NCBI GenBank assembly: GCA_963845755.1
Contig: CAWJTV010000047.1
Location: forward strand, 192,001 to 256,000
Direction of reading: 5' to 3'
Source of the DNA: an uncultured Planctomycetota bacterium
GTDB taxonomy: Bacteria; Planctomycetota; Planctomycetia; Isosphaerales; Isosphaeraceae
DNA length: 64,000 nt
Position numbers and translations under genes: made by a program. Shown here in pieces: positions 1-10,453 of this stretch. The notes beneath the pieces are model-generated. The model ran no database searches. It saw only the letters and a program-made list of their open reading frames with translations, and was not told the origin of the DNA. Positions within the stretch are counted from its first letter, which is position 1; every line of letters starts with the position of its first letter.

Positions 1-598
1 CGTACGTGCACTGGGGCTGGGGATTATCGCCAGTCTTGTAGTCGGCCAGTGCGGCTGCAGCTCACTACCGACGACTTGGAGCGTACCGAACTTCGCCCCG
101 TTCTGGGAACCACGCGCACCGCTCCAAAACCCACTGACTGTCCCGTCCTCGGATTACGAGAAGGTCTGGAACAAGACCGCCGCGGTGGTGGGCCAGTACT
201 TCCCGATCGCGTCGGAGAATCGGCTGGCGGGCACGATTCGGACCGATAGCCAGATGACCGGTACACTGATCGAGCCTTGGAGCCGCGACTCGGCGTCGTT
301 GCGGGATCGGCTCGAGGCGACGCTCCAAACTTACCGAAAGTTCGCTCTCGTCCAGATCGAGCCGGCCCCAACTGGGGGCTTTTTGGTCCGGGTGGAGGTG
401 ATGAAAGAATTGGAAGACGTCTCCAAACCCGTTAGCCAACCGGCGGGGCGTGCGGTTTTCTACAACGACTTTCCGGTGAATCGTGTCCGCGAGATCGTCG
501 GGTCCGTTCCCGCTCCTCTGGGATGGATCCCCATGGGGCGAGACGACAAGATGGAACAGCAGATCTTGTCAGAGCTCCATGACGCGTTCTTGCTTTGA
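1..598 (+). CDS. Conserved hypothetical lipoprotein, 5'-partial
   Basis: The frame of ORF 185..598 is open back to base 2 and reads VRALGLGIIASLVVGQCGCSS (hydrophobic stretch plus lipobox-like GC). The start lies outside the window. Confidence 0.7.
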   Translation, partial: VRALGLGIIASLVVGQCGCSSLPTTWSVPNFAPFWEPRAPLQNPLTVPSSDYEKVWNKTAAVVGQYFPIASENRLAGTIRTDSQMTGTLIEPWSRDSASLRDRLEATLQTYRKFALVQIEPAPTGGFLVRVEVMKELEDVSKPVSQPAGRAVFYNDFPVNRVREIVGSVPAPLGWIPMGRDDKMEQQILSELHDAFLL

Positions 599-983
599 GG
601 TGGGTCGTGGCCGAGGCGGCATCGAGGAACCGGTGAGTCGGAACTCCCAAGAGAGTCGGTGTTCTGGATGCCGTAGGAGTGGTTGGGGTTCGTAGCCGTC
701 GCACAGGGCCGGATTCCGGCTGCGCGCAATCACGGGGTGGTCTTCCATGCAGAGACCACGTCTCCGGATGTCGTCCGGGGCCTCGACCTCAACTTGTCGA
801 AGGTCCTCGGAGGCATCCGCGATCGACGGTGGTTTCCCACGAGTCCACTGCGGGCGGGCTTCCCCCAGTGGGCGCCGATCACGGCTCCGAGCCGCACGAA
901 CGACCCCTGAGCGCTGCGGGCCTACGCCCGATCATTCAACGCTCTGATCCGGGCGTCGCTCGTGCGAGCGGTTCCGACTTCAG

Positions 984-1012
984 TGCGATGCATTCATCGA
1001 CGATGCGTCGCA
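984..1012. terminator. Hairpin between convergent genes
   Basis: TGCGATGCAT (984-993) pairs with ATGCGTCGCA (1003-1012) with one G-U, 3 nt from the stop of the minus-strand gene at 1016. No clear U-tract. Confidence 0.3.
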
Positions 1013-1015
1013 GAC

Positions 1016-1780
1016 TCAATACGCATTGAACGTCCAGTATGCTCCCAACCCGGCAATCCCAATCCATCGAATTGACGGATCCAGCAGGGCCGCGCGATGA
1101 GCAGGCGATGCCATCCACATCGATTCGACCCCCGGATAGCCACCCATTGCTGCGTTCTGCCTCCGTGCGGGCCCCATGACAAAATGACCCATCCCCTGCG
1201 ACGCCTGATGGGAATTGTTGACCGCCGCCCAGTTTGTCAGGTTGGGGTCGTACCCGACTGCTGGCAAGCCGTAGGCTGCGCGGGTCGCGTTCAACCAGTT
1301 CGTGAATCCGTACGGATCACCTGCAGGCGCCGTCACCTCTGCCGCCTGGGCCGTCTCTGAGGTTGAGATCGCATCCGTTGCCTGAATGGCGGGTGCGGCC
1401 GTCAACGGCGTGGTTGTCTCCGTCGAATAAGTGGCTTGAGCAGGTTGGGTATACGCAGTTTGATAGTATTGGGGCGTGTAGGTTGTCTGGTATGTGGGGT
1501 AAGTGGGGTAGGTATAAGTGGACTGGTAACTCTGGCCAGGATAGCCGTACCAGATGGTTTGACCCCGATAGCCTGCGATCGAGTAGTACGTTGGTGGGGC
1601 CGAAGCCGGGTAATAATAGTAAGTTTGGGCATGAACCCCCACGGCCGTGCTCGCGAACGCGGCGCATCCCATCAAGGCTCGAAACAGCGAGCTTTTCCAC
1701 CTCTTGCGCGTTGTGATCTGCAAGGAACCAATCTCCAGCAATTGAGGAACATGGGCCGGATCCCCACCATGAGGCTCCAA
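1016..1780 (-). CDS. Secreted CAP/SCP-domain protein with Tyr/Thr/Gln-rich N-terminal region (start uncertain)
   Basis: Signal-like AFASTAVGVHA|Q. C-terminal CAP motifs WLNATRAAYGLPAV, MGH and WMASPAHRAALL. Confidence 0.8.
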   Translation of the reverse strand: MEPHGGDPAHVPQLLEIGSLQITTRKRWKSSLFRALMGCAAFASTAVGVHAQTYYYYPASAPPTYYSIAGYRGQTIWYGYPGQSYQSTYTYPTYPTYQTTYTPQYYQTAYTQPAQATYSTETTTPLTAAPAIQATDAISTSETAQAAEVTAPAGDPYGFTNWLNATRAAYGLPAVGYDPNLTNWAAVNNSHQASQGMGHFVMGPARRQNAAMGGYPGVESMWMASPAHRAALLDPSIRWIGIAGLGAYWTFNAY

Positions 1781-2410
1781 TCCACACCAAAGGACGACCC
1801 GAATCCGGGAAGGCGGTGTTCGACTCTCCCTCAGCTCCCATGCGAATCGACAAAGTTGGGATAATCTTCCCTGAAATGCAACCCTTTTTTGGGATGTTGC
1901 AAAAAAACATCATCGTGCCAACTGCTATTGCATTGTAATGTTTTTATATAATTTGTGATTCTTTTAATAATGATCACTTTTCACGAGGCGGTTTCCTGGC
2001 TTGGTGTGCAACTTCTTGTGGACGCCAAGGTAAGCCCGAATCGAGGGAGTAAGATTCGGACCTCATTCGGCGATAAAGGAATGGCATTGCGACTCAACCA
2101 ACTCGGTTGGCCAAGTACCACCAGGGAAAATCAAATCGACAAGCCTTCACGCGATGGCTCTCCCGCACGGCAGGTCGAACGTTCTCGACCCGATGCGGAG
2201 CAGCTTTGGGAAGTGCGCTGACCAGACTGAGGAGGCGCTCAGTCACGCAATCATCGACCAGACAAGTCATGAGGTTGCGGGTTGACGATGAGCGATCCTG
2301 CGGGTCGAGATGGCATCGAGAATGGGGAGACTTCGCGCCGGGACGGAGCTCCGGATGGCACGCTCACCGCGCTCGATGCTTCCGACCTCCTTGAAGTTCG
2401 TCCGACGTTG

Positions 2411-3178
2411 TCAACGAGACAGCCGCGTCAGGGCGTAGACGTTCACGTCAACGCCCGTAGCAAAATACGCGAGGGGGAGAACATTGCATCGCGAAAGTCC
2501 GGCGGCGATCAGGAGGTTCTCGTCGAGCGTCAAGACGGTTGCGAACTGTAATGGATAGGGTGAATGGTGGACTCGCCCTTGGAACAATGCATCGTTCGCC
2601 ATCGCGTAGAGCAGATAGCGTTCCACGAGAAAGTGTTCGAGCGTACCGGGCTGGGCGGGGAGAACCGAGCCGGTCGGGATGGCGCGAATCAGGTACGAGG
2701 CGGGGCAGGGGTCTGGCCGGCGCCGAACACCCGCATAGAGGATCGGCTGGGGATCGGTCGGGCCCATCCTGGGTTCACGCTCAAGGAATAGCCGCGCATG
2801 ATAATACGGGAGGTGGAACCAGGTTCTGGCCAGAGACACTGCCAGGGCATTGGCCGCGTCCAGGCTGAAGAACCAGACTCCCGGGTCGAGGCCGTCTCGA
2901 TGGACATAGGTTCTCACATTGGTCTCGTGGAAGCTGGAGATTCCCCAGATGGGAGGCACGCCAACCGGCCGGACTCCGGTCATGGTGAACGGAACCAGGC
3001 CAATGTAGGCCGTCCCCTCAAACAAATCGACGTCAAGCCCGGACGGCACCAGGGGGCGCAGCGTCTCGGGACGGATCGGCCAGTGGAGAAAGAGGAGATC
3101 TCTCCAGCTTTGCCGCATGACCGGTCGGCGGAGTGGTTCGCGGGTCGGGCTGATGCGGTCGATCGTAGTCGATGTCAT
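2411..3178 (-). CDS. YqjF/DUF2071 family protein
   Basis: MRQSWRDLLFLHW, IGLVPFTM, FHETNVRTYV, GVWFFSLDA, FLVERY. ATG at 3178 overlaps the upstream TGA (TGATG). Confidence 0.85.
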   Translation of the reverse strand: MTSTTIDRISPTREPLRRPVMRQSWRDLLFLHWPIRPETLRPLVPSGLDVDLFEGTAYIGLVPFTMTGVRPVGVPPIWGISSFHETNVRTYVHRDGLDPGVWFFSLDAANALAVSLARTWFHLPYYHARLFLEREPRMGPTDPQPILYAGVRRRPDPCPASYLIRAIPTGSVLPAQPGTLEHFLVERYLLYAMANDALFQGRVHHSPYPLQFATVLTLDENLLIAAGLSRCNVLPLAYFATGVDVNVYALTRLSR

Positions 3179-4155
3179 CAGTAGGCGATTTCCCCGCAGA
3201 TGACTTCGGCTCCTGCGGCCGTGCTCATCCCCCGCCACACCTGGAGACTGATCGAGTTCTTGGTGAAGTGGACCGAGCCATCGGCCGTGGCAATGTTGAC
3301 GCCCCCGTTATGCCGGCTTCGCGCCGCGTACATCTCCGGGAGGGCCGTCGTCGCGGCGGTGCACGGCGGGTTCGGCGGCTGGTTGATGCAGTAGATGGGG
3401 CTGAAGAGCACGTCGGGAAAGGAACCGTTGGGGGTCGAGAACGATTCGAATGTGGCTGCGTCACCCCACCACGAGAAACCGCGGAGGTCCTGGCCCTGGC
3501 CCACGACGACCTCCGAGAGGATCATCGTGTTGCTGAGCCCGTCGGTGATCGCGTTGAAACCGACGGTCGCGCACGCCGGCTGATTGTAATCGCCCAGGGG
3601 AGAACCGATGTCCACAAAGGGCGCGCCGGCGAAGGTGATGCCCTGGAAATCGGCCTGAAGCACGGTGGTGTTGCCGAAGTTCGCGGCGTAGTTCTGGGAC
3701 GTGCAGGCGTAGGTCTTGCCGTTGAAGGCGGCGGTGATCGGGGCGTTGGTCATGTCACTGGGGCAGAGATAAAGCGCCACGCGAGTCGAGGTCACCGTCA
3801 CGTTGGCCGCGCCGAAGTACCTCAGGTCCAGGTCGTAGTTGGTCGGCACGCCGGGCGAGTTGATGCCGCAGGAATTCCACGCGTTGAACAGGGATCCCTG
3901 TTCAACGAAGGGCAAGGTGTAGACAAGCCAGGTGCCCCAGCAGCAGCCCTTCTTGCCGGGAGGCAACACGGCGTGGACATCGTGATACTGATGCATCGCT
4001 TGGGAGATCTGCTTGAGGTTGTTCAAGCATTGGGTGCGCCGCGCGGCCTCTCGGGCCGATTGGACCGCCGGCAGCAAGATGGCCAGCAGCACGCCGATGA
4101 TCGCGATGACGACGAGGAGCTCGATCAGCGTAAAGCCCCGATGATGGCTCTGCAT
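3178..4155 (-). CDS. DUF1559 prepilin-type protein
   Basis: GFTLIELLVVIAII methylation motif, LLPAVQSAREAARRTQCLNNLKQI, DGLSNT, and C-terminal SRHNGGVNIATADGSV (H-X9-DG). Confidence 0.95.
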   Translation of the reverse strand: MQSHHRGFTLIELLVVIAIIGVLLAILLPAVQSAREAARRTQCLNNLKQISQAMHQYHDVHAVLPPGKKGCCWGTWLVYTLPFVEQGSLFNAWNSCGINSPGVPTNYDLDLRYFGAANVTVTSTRVALYLCPSDMTNAPITAAFNGKTYACTSQNYAANFGNTTVLQADFQGITFAGAPFVDIGSPLGDYNQPACATVGFNAITDGLSNTMILSEVVVGQGQDLRGFSWWGDAATFESFSTPNGSFPDVLFSPIYCINQPPNPPCTAATTALPEMYAARSRHNGGVNIATADGSVHFTKNSISLQVWRGMSTAAGAEVICGEIAY

Positions 4156-4221
4156 CGAGAGGGTCCTCCACTAGGGCCAAGAATGACAACGGGCGAGAGC
4201 GACCGATCCCAAAATGTCGCG

Positions 4222-4698
4222 CTACTCCGCCACGTCGGAATGAAGGTCAAATCGGAAGCGATTTGTGCCGCGCTCGGTGACATTCGCGCGTAATTCGGTT
4301 CGAGTATTGTAGACAGCGGGGATCCGCTCGACCATAGGACGCCGGGTTCGATCCGTCTGGCCATTGATTGGCGGCGCCTGATCACCCGAACTCGCATAGA
4401 CACGCACCTGGTACGAGCCCGGCGCGGGCCCCTGGTCCCGAGGGATCGCGAACATCCCGCGCCGGATGGTCGTACCGACGGCCGTGCCCGACTGAGTTGT
4501 GGCGGGCTCCAGGAGTATGGCGCCATCGCTCAGCGGCTGACCGTCCAGAGTAATCATCCCCGAGATCGCCCGGCGGCCTAGCCCGTCGTCCGAATCGCAA
4601 CCACCGGCGAGACACGTAAGCAGCACCATGACCAGTCCGGAAGACCTGGAAGGACGCAGACTGCGGTAGACTCGTCGTGTTCGGGGACTCTGGTGCAT
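4222..4698 (-). CDS. Carboxypeptidase-regulatory-like lipoprotein, usual DUF1559 neighbour
   Basis: Lipobox LAGGC, ISGMITLDGQPL, GPAPGSYQVRV, IPAVYN, NRFRFDL. Confidence 0.85.
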   Translation of the reverse strand: MHQSPRTRRVYRSLRPSRSSGLVMVLLTCLAGGCDSDDGLGRRAISGMITLDGQPLSDGAILLEPATTQSGTAVGTTIRRGMFAIPRDQGPAPGSYQVRVYASSGDQAPPINGQTDRTRRPMVERIPAVYNTRTELRANVTERGTNRFRFDLHSDVAE

Positions 4699-4943
4699 TT
4701 GCGTGTACCCTGGATTGCCGATCCCCTACAATAGAGGATTGGGCAGCCCTCTGACCATTGCACATTCCGGTTCGATGCCTCCAGAGTTTATGAGCCCTGC
4801 AGAACCGCGGGCGGCTCGATGGTGGTCAAGAAAGATTCGAGTCGGCTCGGAAGAAAAGTTGAACCCAATTCCCCATCCCGGTGCAGTTAGTCTGTAGATC
4901 AAGGGCGCAACAACCAAGGGACTCGTCCGCCAGGAGCGCGAGA

Positions 4944-5844
4944 ATGATCGTCCGGACCACCGGATCGACGGATCGGCAGTTACTGGATGATTTCGTGCAT
5001 GATCAGGACCCGGTCGCATTCCAGAGCCTGGTCTCGCGATACGGTTCAGCCGTGCACAAGGTGTGTCGTGGGGTTCTTGGCGACCTGCACGAGGCCGAGG
5101 ACGCGTTCCAGGCGACCTTCCTGGTGCTCGCCCGCAGGGCGCCGGTTATACGAGAGCCGGACTTGCTCGGAGGTTGGTTGCGGGGGGTAGCCTACCGCGT
5201 AGCGGTGCGGGCTCGTCGCCGGGCCGTTCGGCGACGGAAGACGGAGAAGCTTCGGGCTGAGATGTCCCGGGATCGATCGGGGATCGGTTCTGGAGAGAGC
5301 CTGGAACTGCGCGAGATCGTCGGAAACGAGCTGGATCGTCTGCCCGATGACTATCGCCAACCTTTGGTCCTGTGCTATCTCGACGGGATGACGCATCAGG
5401 AAGCCGCAGGAAAGCTGGGTTGGCCGGTCGGGACGGTCAAGGTCCGCCTGGTGCGCGGACGACGGATGATTCGCGAACGGCTTCATCGTCGGGGGATCGC
5501 CCTGAGCGCCTTGCTGGTCCTGGTGCCGCGAGGCCGGAGGGCTTCACGCGGTCACAGAGCCGCTGGTGGAATCGACGATGCGGGCCATCTCCCTGGACGC
5601 GGCGGGCCGACACGTCGGACTCGAGTCCGAGTTTCCCGATGTTCGGGAGCTGGCGAATTCGCTCACGGGACACGGCCTGATCCCAACGTCTCCCTGGCTC
5701 TGGGCCGCCCTGGTGATCATAAGCTTCTCTCTGCTCCTGTCCGTACCATTGGCCCGAGCATACAGCGGACCCTGGTCGTCCGAGGTCGATGCGAGGGACC
5801 TACCGGCCAATTTGACCGACGTCCTGAACGTCGAGTGCCGCTAA
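4944..5844 (+). CDS. ECF sigma factor with short C-terminal TM extension (frameshift near 5547)
   Basis: AGGAG then ATG 4944. Region 2 EAEDAFQATFLVL, region 4 LGWPVGTVKVRLVRGR. Removing one base near 5547 joins it to the 5566..5844 frame carrying the TM WLWAALVIISFSLLLSV. Confidence 0.85.
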
Positions 5845-6093
5845 GGGTTGCGTCTCGCCTCACGGTGTCACCGTGACGGAGAGGCTCGCGCAACTGCCTG
5901 AAGCCGTGTCGAGAAGTCGTCACGGGAAGCCTTCTCGCGTTCCGGGCTCGGGATGAGTCGGGCATTCGGCGCGGCGCTATCGGGACGCCGCTGAGGATCG
6001 GTCTGCGCGCACGGATTCTGGGTTCTCACGGTCTGTCTCGAAAGGCAGCCGAGGTTTCGAGTCCGAGGGTCGTCTAGCCCTCACCGAAGACGT

Positions 6094-6124
6094 TGCATCC
6101 TTTACCTGGGCGTCGAGCGTCGAA
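6094..6124 (+). promoter_or_regulatory. Candidate ECF-type promoter
   Basis: TGCATCC-N17-CGTCGAA upstream of the PEP-CTERM/DUF4331 operon. Resembles generic ECF -35/-10 geometry; not validated. Confidence 0.3.
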
Positions 6125-6145
6125 CGCCCATTCGTCCGGTTCATC

Positions 6146-6715
6146 ATGGAGAGCTATCATATGTTGCGTATTCCAACAAGGTGCATCCTGGGCGCCGTCG
6201 TTCTGCTCTGGTCGTGCGCCGGAACGATGCCGGCCCGGGGGGACCTGGTCACCAGCTTGACGGTCGACGTGACCCAGGCAATGAACGGCCCATATACGTA
6301 CGACTATACTTTGACGGTTGACGCCAGCAGCACTCTCGCTGCCGGGGAGCTTGACCTGGTGGTCTCGCCCTTCGCGAACCTGTCGGCGATCACGGGGCCG
6401 TCCGGCTGGGACATCTTTTATACGCCGGGTTCGCCGGGCGACACCACGATCACCTTCTCCTCGCCGGATTCTTCCACCGACATCGCGCCGGGTTCGATCG
6501 GGATGTTCTCGATGACGAGCTTCGTCGGCCCTGCGCTCGCGAGCGACCTGGTGCGTGGTTTCGACGACAGCAACGGCACATTCGCCCAGAATGGCGGGAC
6601 CATCCTCACCGCTTCGGTGCCGGAGCCGTCCGGCCTCGTGCTCGGCGTGCTCGCCCTGCTCGGTGCCGCTTACCCTGTCACGCGTGGGTCGGGCCGTCGG
6701 CGTCGCTCAAACTGA
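6146..6715 (+). CDS. PEP-CTERM sorting domain protein
   Basis: N-terminal signal peptide. C-terminal VPEPS, hydrophobic helix and RRRR tail. Confidence 0.9.
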   Translation: MESYHMLRIPTRCILGAVVLLWSCAGTMPARGDLVTSLTVDVTQAMNGPYTYDYTLTVDASSTLAAGELDLVVSPFANLSAITGPSGWDIFYTPGSPGDTTITFSSPDSSTDIAPGSIGMFSMTSFVGPALASDLVRGFDDSNGTFAQNGGTILTASVPEPSGLVLGVLALLGAAYPVTRGSGRRRRSN

Positions 6716-6774
6716 GGCAACTTTGCACTCTGCAGTCATTTGTTGTTCACTTATTATTGAAAGGAGATTTCTAT

Positions 6775-8041
6775 ATGAGAACCTCGCGAGTCGCGCGGCG
6801 ATTCCTGGTCGCCGTCGTAGTCGGGGCGATCACGGTCGGATCGTACTGGGTCCGGTCGATGGCCTCCGACCACGCCGACACGGCGGAGATCGTCAACCGA
6901 ATTGGTGCCGACCTCACGGACGTGTTCATCTTCCCCAGTGCCAACAATCCGGACAACGTGGTCCTCGTGCTCGATGCCCACAGCTTGAACCCGCCGGGCG
7001 TGACCGACGTCTATTTCGATCCTCTGGTCCTCTATCAATTCAAAATCGACAACACCGGTGACAACGTGGAGGACCTGGTGATCCAGGTCAAGTTCGGCAA
7101 TCCCGGTCCCGGTCAGGCGGTCTACGTCGCGGGGCCTTTCAAGCCGTTCACGACCGGCACGACGGCGATCTTCGCCAGGCGCCTTCCTGGCGTGGGCACG
7201 ATCAACCAGTCATTCCAGCCGACGACAGGAATGCAGGTCTTCGCCGGTTTGCGGGCCGATCCGTTCTTCTTCGATGTCGGGAGGCTCTACCAGATCTTCC
7301 CGGACCGCAAGACACCACTGACGGGTAATCAGGTGGATTTTCCTTCAATCAAGGCTGCCAACACACCGCAGGAGCCGGGTTTCCTGCCCCCCGGGCAGGC
7401 ATCCGACTTCCTCGCGGATATCAATTGCCTGTCCATCGTCCTCGAGTTGCCGCGAGCCAGCCTTGCGCCCGCAGGCAAGCCTCCCGGAGTGATCCGGCTG
7501 TGGGAGACGACGAATGTCTATTCCGGAGCCCCCAACTTTGACTATACCCAGCTCGACCGTCTGGCGCGTCCGGCCGTTAACGAAGTGCTGGCCGTGGTGA
7601 CGGATCGTCGACACGAGCATAACGACAAGGACAACCCGACCGACGACAGCAATCCGACTACGGGGCTGATCACGGACATTGACAGCTTCCTCCAGTTCCC
7701 CGCCGGTCGTTCGGCGGCGATTCGTAACGTGATCGAGTCGGTCCTGGTCCCCGATGTGATGATCGCCGACCTATCGCAGACCGACGGTGCTTCCTATCTC
7801 GGTACGGAAGTGACTCAGGCGCTCTCGGGCGGGACCAAGAGCTCGTTCGGCGGGCGAGCCACTCACCGACGACGTCGTGGACATCTCATTGGGGATCATC
7901 TTCGGCAATACCGTGCCGGCGTTGGGCTTGGCTCCGGACGACGGGAACGAGATCCCGTCGTTCACGACGGACAATGTTGGTTACGACCAGAGTGTCAAGC
8001 ACACCCTCAATGCCTTCCCTTATGTCGGGACACCGAATTGA
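6775..8041 (+). CDS. DUF4331 family protein (frameshift near 7860)
   Basis: ASDHAD, DLTDVFIF, YQFKIDNTGD, VFAGLRADPFFFD, QLDRLARPAVN. After GGRA the shifted frame gives LTDDVVDISL...FPYVGTPN and a stop at 8041. Confidence 0.85.
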
Positions 8042-8124
8042 TCGGCGGGATGTGAGAACATAATCGGCATGATCCGGGGCGGTCGAATTCGTCGCCCCGG
8101 GTCGATTCCCGGGAGAAACCTGCG

Positions 8125-9420
8125 ATGAACTGGAGAACGGTTGCCATTCGGCTCGGCCTTGGGGTTGGCTTGAGCCTGGTTTGTGTGGTCCCGACACTGC
8201 TCGGTCGCGTCGTCGAGGACGTCGCCGACGAAGCTCCCCGGCGGGCCCCCTACAATCCCCTCACGATCCGAAAAACCGTCGAGTTCTGGGAGGGGAGGGT
8301 CCGGAAGAGCCCAGATCGGTTCCTTGAGCACCGCGAACTCGCCGGGGCATACCTGGCCCGACAACGAGTCACTGGCGACATTCAAGACGCAGTGCGGGCC
8401 GAGCGGGAGGCCCGCAGATCGATTGAGTTGGTGTCCCGAGGCAACGTGACAGCACTAAGTCGGCTCGCCCGCAGCCTCCTGGCCCAGCATCGGTTCCCCG
8501 AGGCCCTCCAGGCCGCACGGAGCGCAGCCCAGCTCGACTTGTCGGCCTGGCTTCTGGTCGCCGATGTCGAGCTGGAACTCGGTCATGATGCCGAGGCCCG
8601 GAAGGCCCTAACGAAGGCTGCGATCGACCCGAATCACATCAATGCGCTCGTCCTCCGCGCCCGTTTCGCTCAGGCTGACGGTGACCACGATGGCGCGCTC
8701 CGCATGCTTCGCCGGGCGGCTCGACGGGCTGACGATCTGAGCGACCTACCCGCCGAGGTCGCGGCATGGTTCCATGTCATGGTCGGCCACACCCTCATCG
8801 ACCTCGGCCGACTCGACGAGGGAACAACCGCTTGTCGCACCGCGCTGGCCATCTTCCCTGTGGATTATCGAGCCATGACCGGCCTGGCGGAAGCGGCGGC
8901 CTACCGTGGCGAGTGGGACGAAGTCGTTGCCTGGGGCCGCAAGGCAATCCAGGCCTCCCCGCAGAATCCCCAAGTGCTCGCCCTCCTGGCCGAGGCTGCC
9001 CTTAAGCTCGGCGATCAGGCGGAAGCGGACCTTCGTTTCCGACAATTCCAGGAGCTGGCCCAGTCGTTCCCTCGTATCTATGATCGACACTGGGCCCTTT
9101 TCTGCGCCGATAATGATCGCAATCTCGACGCCGCCTATGCACTGGCCAAGAAAGACCTCGAGTTGCGTCAGGATGCCGGTGCCTACGAAACGCTCGCCTG
9201 GACTGCGTTCAAGATGGGACACCAGGCCGAGGCCGAGGCCGCCCTGAGCTCGGCGATCGATCGCAAGCCGCAGACCGCCGCCTTTTTCCGCCGCGCCGAG
9301 GCGATCACGCGAGCCGACGGTCAAATCACGCGAGCCGACACATTTCGCGTTCGGGCTCGCGAGCTCAACCGATATGCCGTCAAGGCAAAGGATCCGGCCA
9401 GGCCGGGCGCCGGCGGTTGA
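8125..9420 (+). CDS. Tetratricopeptide repeat protein with N-terminal membrane anchor
   Basis: Repeated Ala/Leu helical TPR patterns (LAGAYLARQRVTGD, LLAQHRFPEA, YETLAWTAFKMG). Commonly follows DUF4331 genes. Confidence 0.85.
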   Translation: MNWRTVAIRLGLGVGLSLVCVVPTLLGRVVEDVADEAPRRAPYNPLTIRKTVEFWEGRVRKSPDRFLEHRELAGAYLARQRVTGDIQDAVRAEREARRSIELVSRGNVTALSRLARSLLAQHRFPEALQAARSAAQLDLSAWLLVADVELELGHDAEARKALTKAAIDPNHINALVLRARFAQADGDHDGALRMLRRAARRADDLSDLPAEVAAWFHVMVGHTLIDLGRLDEGTTACRTALAIFPVDYRAMTGLAEAAAYRGEWDEVVAWGRKAIQASPQNPQVLALLAEAALKLGDQAEADLRFRQFQELAQSFPRIYDRHWALFCADNDRNLDAAYALAKKDLELRQDAGAYETLAWTAFKMGHQAEAEAALSSAIDRKPQTAAFFRRAEAITRADGQITRADTFRVRARELNRYAVKAKDPARPGAGG

Positions 9421-9541
9421 GTGAGGAGATCGTCCCCTCACCTTGCCTCGGCGTGCTGGCCTTCGCCGAAGGGCCGGTCCGAGTCATGCCAGGCCTGTTC
9501 CCGTTGTTCCTTCCATCCCTGTCATTCGGGAGTCAACGATC

Positions 9542-10324
9542 ATGTCGGGTAGGTCTCGGGCCGGTTTCACGATGATCGAAATGTTGGTCGTTATTGCCAT
9601 CGTTTCGACTCTGGCGGGAGTGCTCTTACCGGCCGTTCAGAAGGCCCGCGAAGCCGCCAGGAGGCTGGGTTGTCAGAGCCATCTCCATCAGATTGGGCTG
9701 GGGATCTCGCAGTATTACGACGACTGGAACGGCCAGTTCTTCCTGCATCATCCGTTCGACGCCGATGTCCTCTCGGAGGTGGACGACGCCGAGTCGTTCG
9801 CCGAGATCTACTGGGAGGACAAGATCATGCCTTATGTCAATTCGACCTTTGCCAACGAGGCGATTGCCAAGAAGGGAACGGCGATCGCCGACGAGGCGAT
9901 CTATCGATGCATGTCGGACGTCTCAAGTCGAATGCCTTATACGTCATCCGATGGGACTGTGGACGGGATCGCCAACCGGACCAGTTTCCTGATGAACTCC
10001 CAGTTGAGCCACAAGACCCGGCGATACGGCCGATGGACCTTGCCCCGTTTCCAGTACGAGATCGGTCTCTCGAACTTCGTGGCCATCAACGAACGGGATG
10101 CGGCCGGCATCCTGGCCAGTCCCTATGCCGGCGACTCGCGGCAGGATGATTACGACATCTGGCTGGGAACCAACGTCCTCGACACCTGGATCCCCTGGTC
10201 CCGTCACGGGGCATCGAATATCCTCTACCTCGACGGTCACGCCCGATCGATTGATCGGACTCAAGCTCTTATCGGCATGTATCCCGGTGGTCAAGTCTAT
10301 CCCGATCCCCATTTCTACCCATAG
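9542..10324 (+). CDS. DUF1559 prepilin-type protein, short atypical variant
   Basis: [32 protein letters not shown]-terminal [14 protein letters not shown]. Confidence 0.85.
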   Translation: MSGRSRAGFTMIEMLVVIAIVSTLAGVLLPAVQKAREAARRLGCQSHLHQIGLGISQYYDDWNGQFFLHHPFDADVLSEVDDAESFAEIYWEDKIMPYVNSTFANEAIAKKGTAIADEAIYRCMSDVSSRMPYTSSDGTVDGIANRTSFLMNSQLSHKTRRYGRWTLPRFQYEIGLSNFVAINERDAAGILASPYAGDSRQDDYDIWLGTNVLDTWIPWSRHGASNILYLDGHARSIDRTQALIGMYPGGQVYPDPHFYP

Positions 10325-10453
10325 CGGCGGACTACCGACTTCGTCGGCCAGATTGAAGAGTGGCATGGATCTTGCGGATCTTCGCCTGCCTCGATAAGTT
10401 CAGCCCGAGGAGTTCTCAAACTCCTTCGAACAAACCGAGGCGATGCATACGCG

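Noticed and set aside
600..980. ncRNA in the convergent gap
   Set aside because: Only short GC-rich hairpins, with no promoter or family signature.
3172..4293. 373 aa plus-strand ORF
   Set aside because: Antisense shadow of the DUF1559 gene, common in high-GC DNA.
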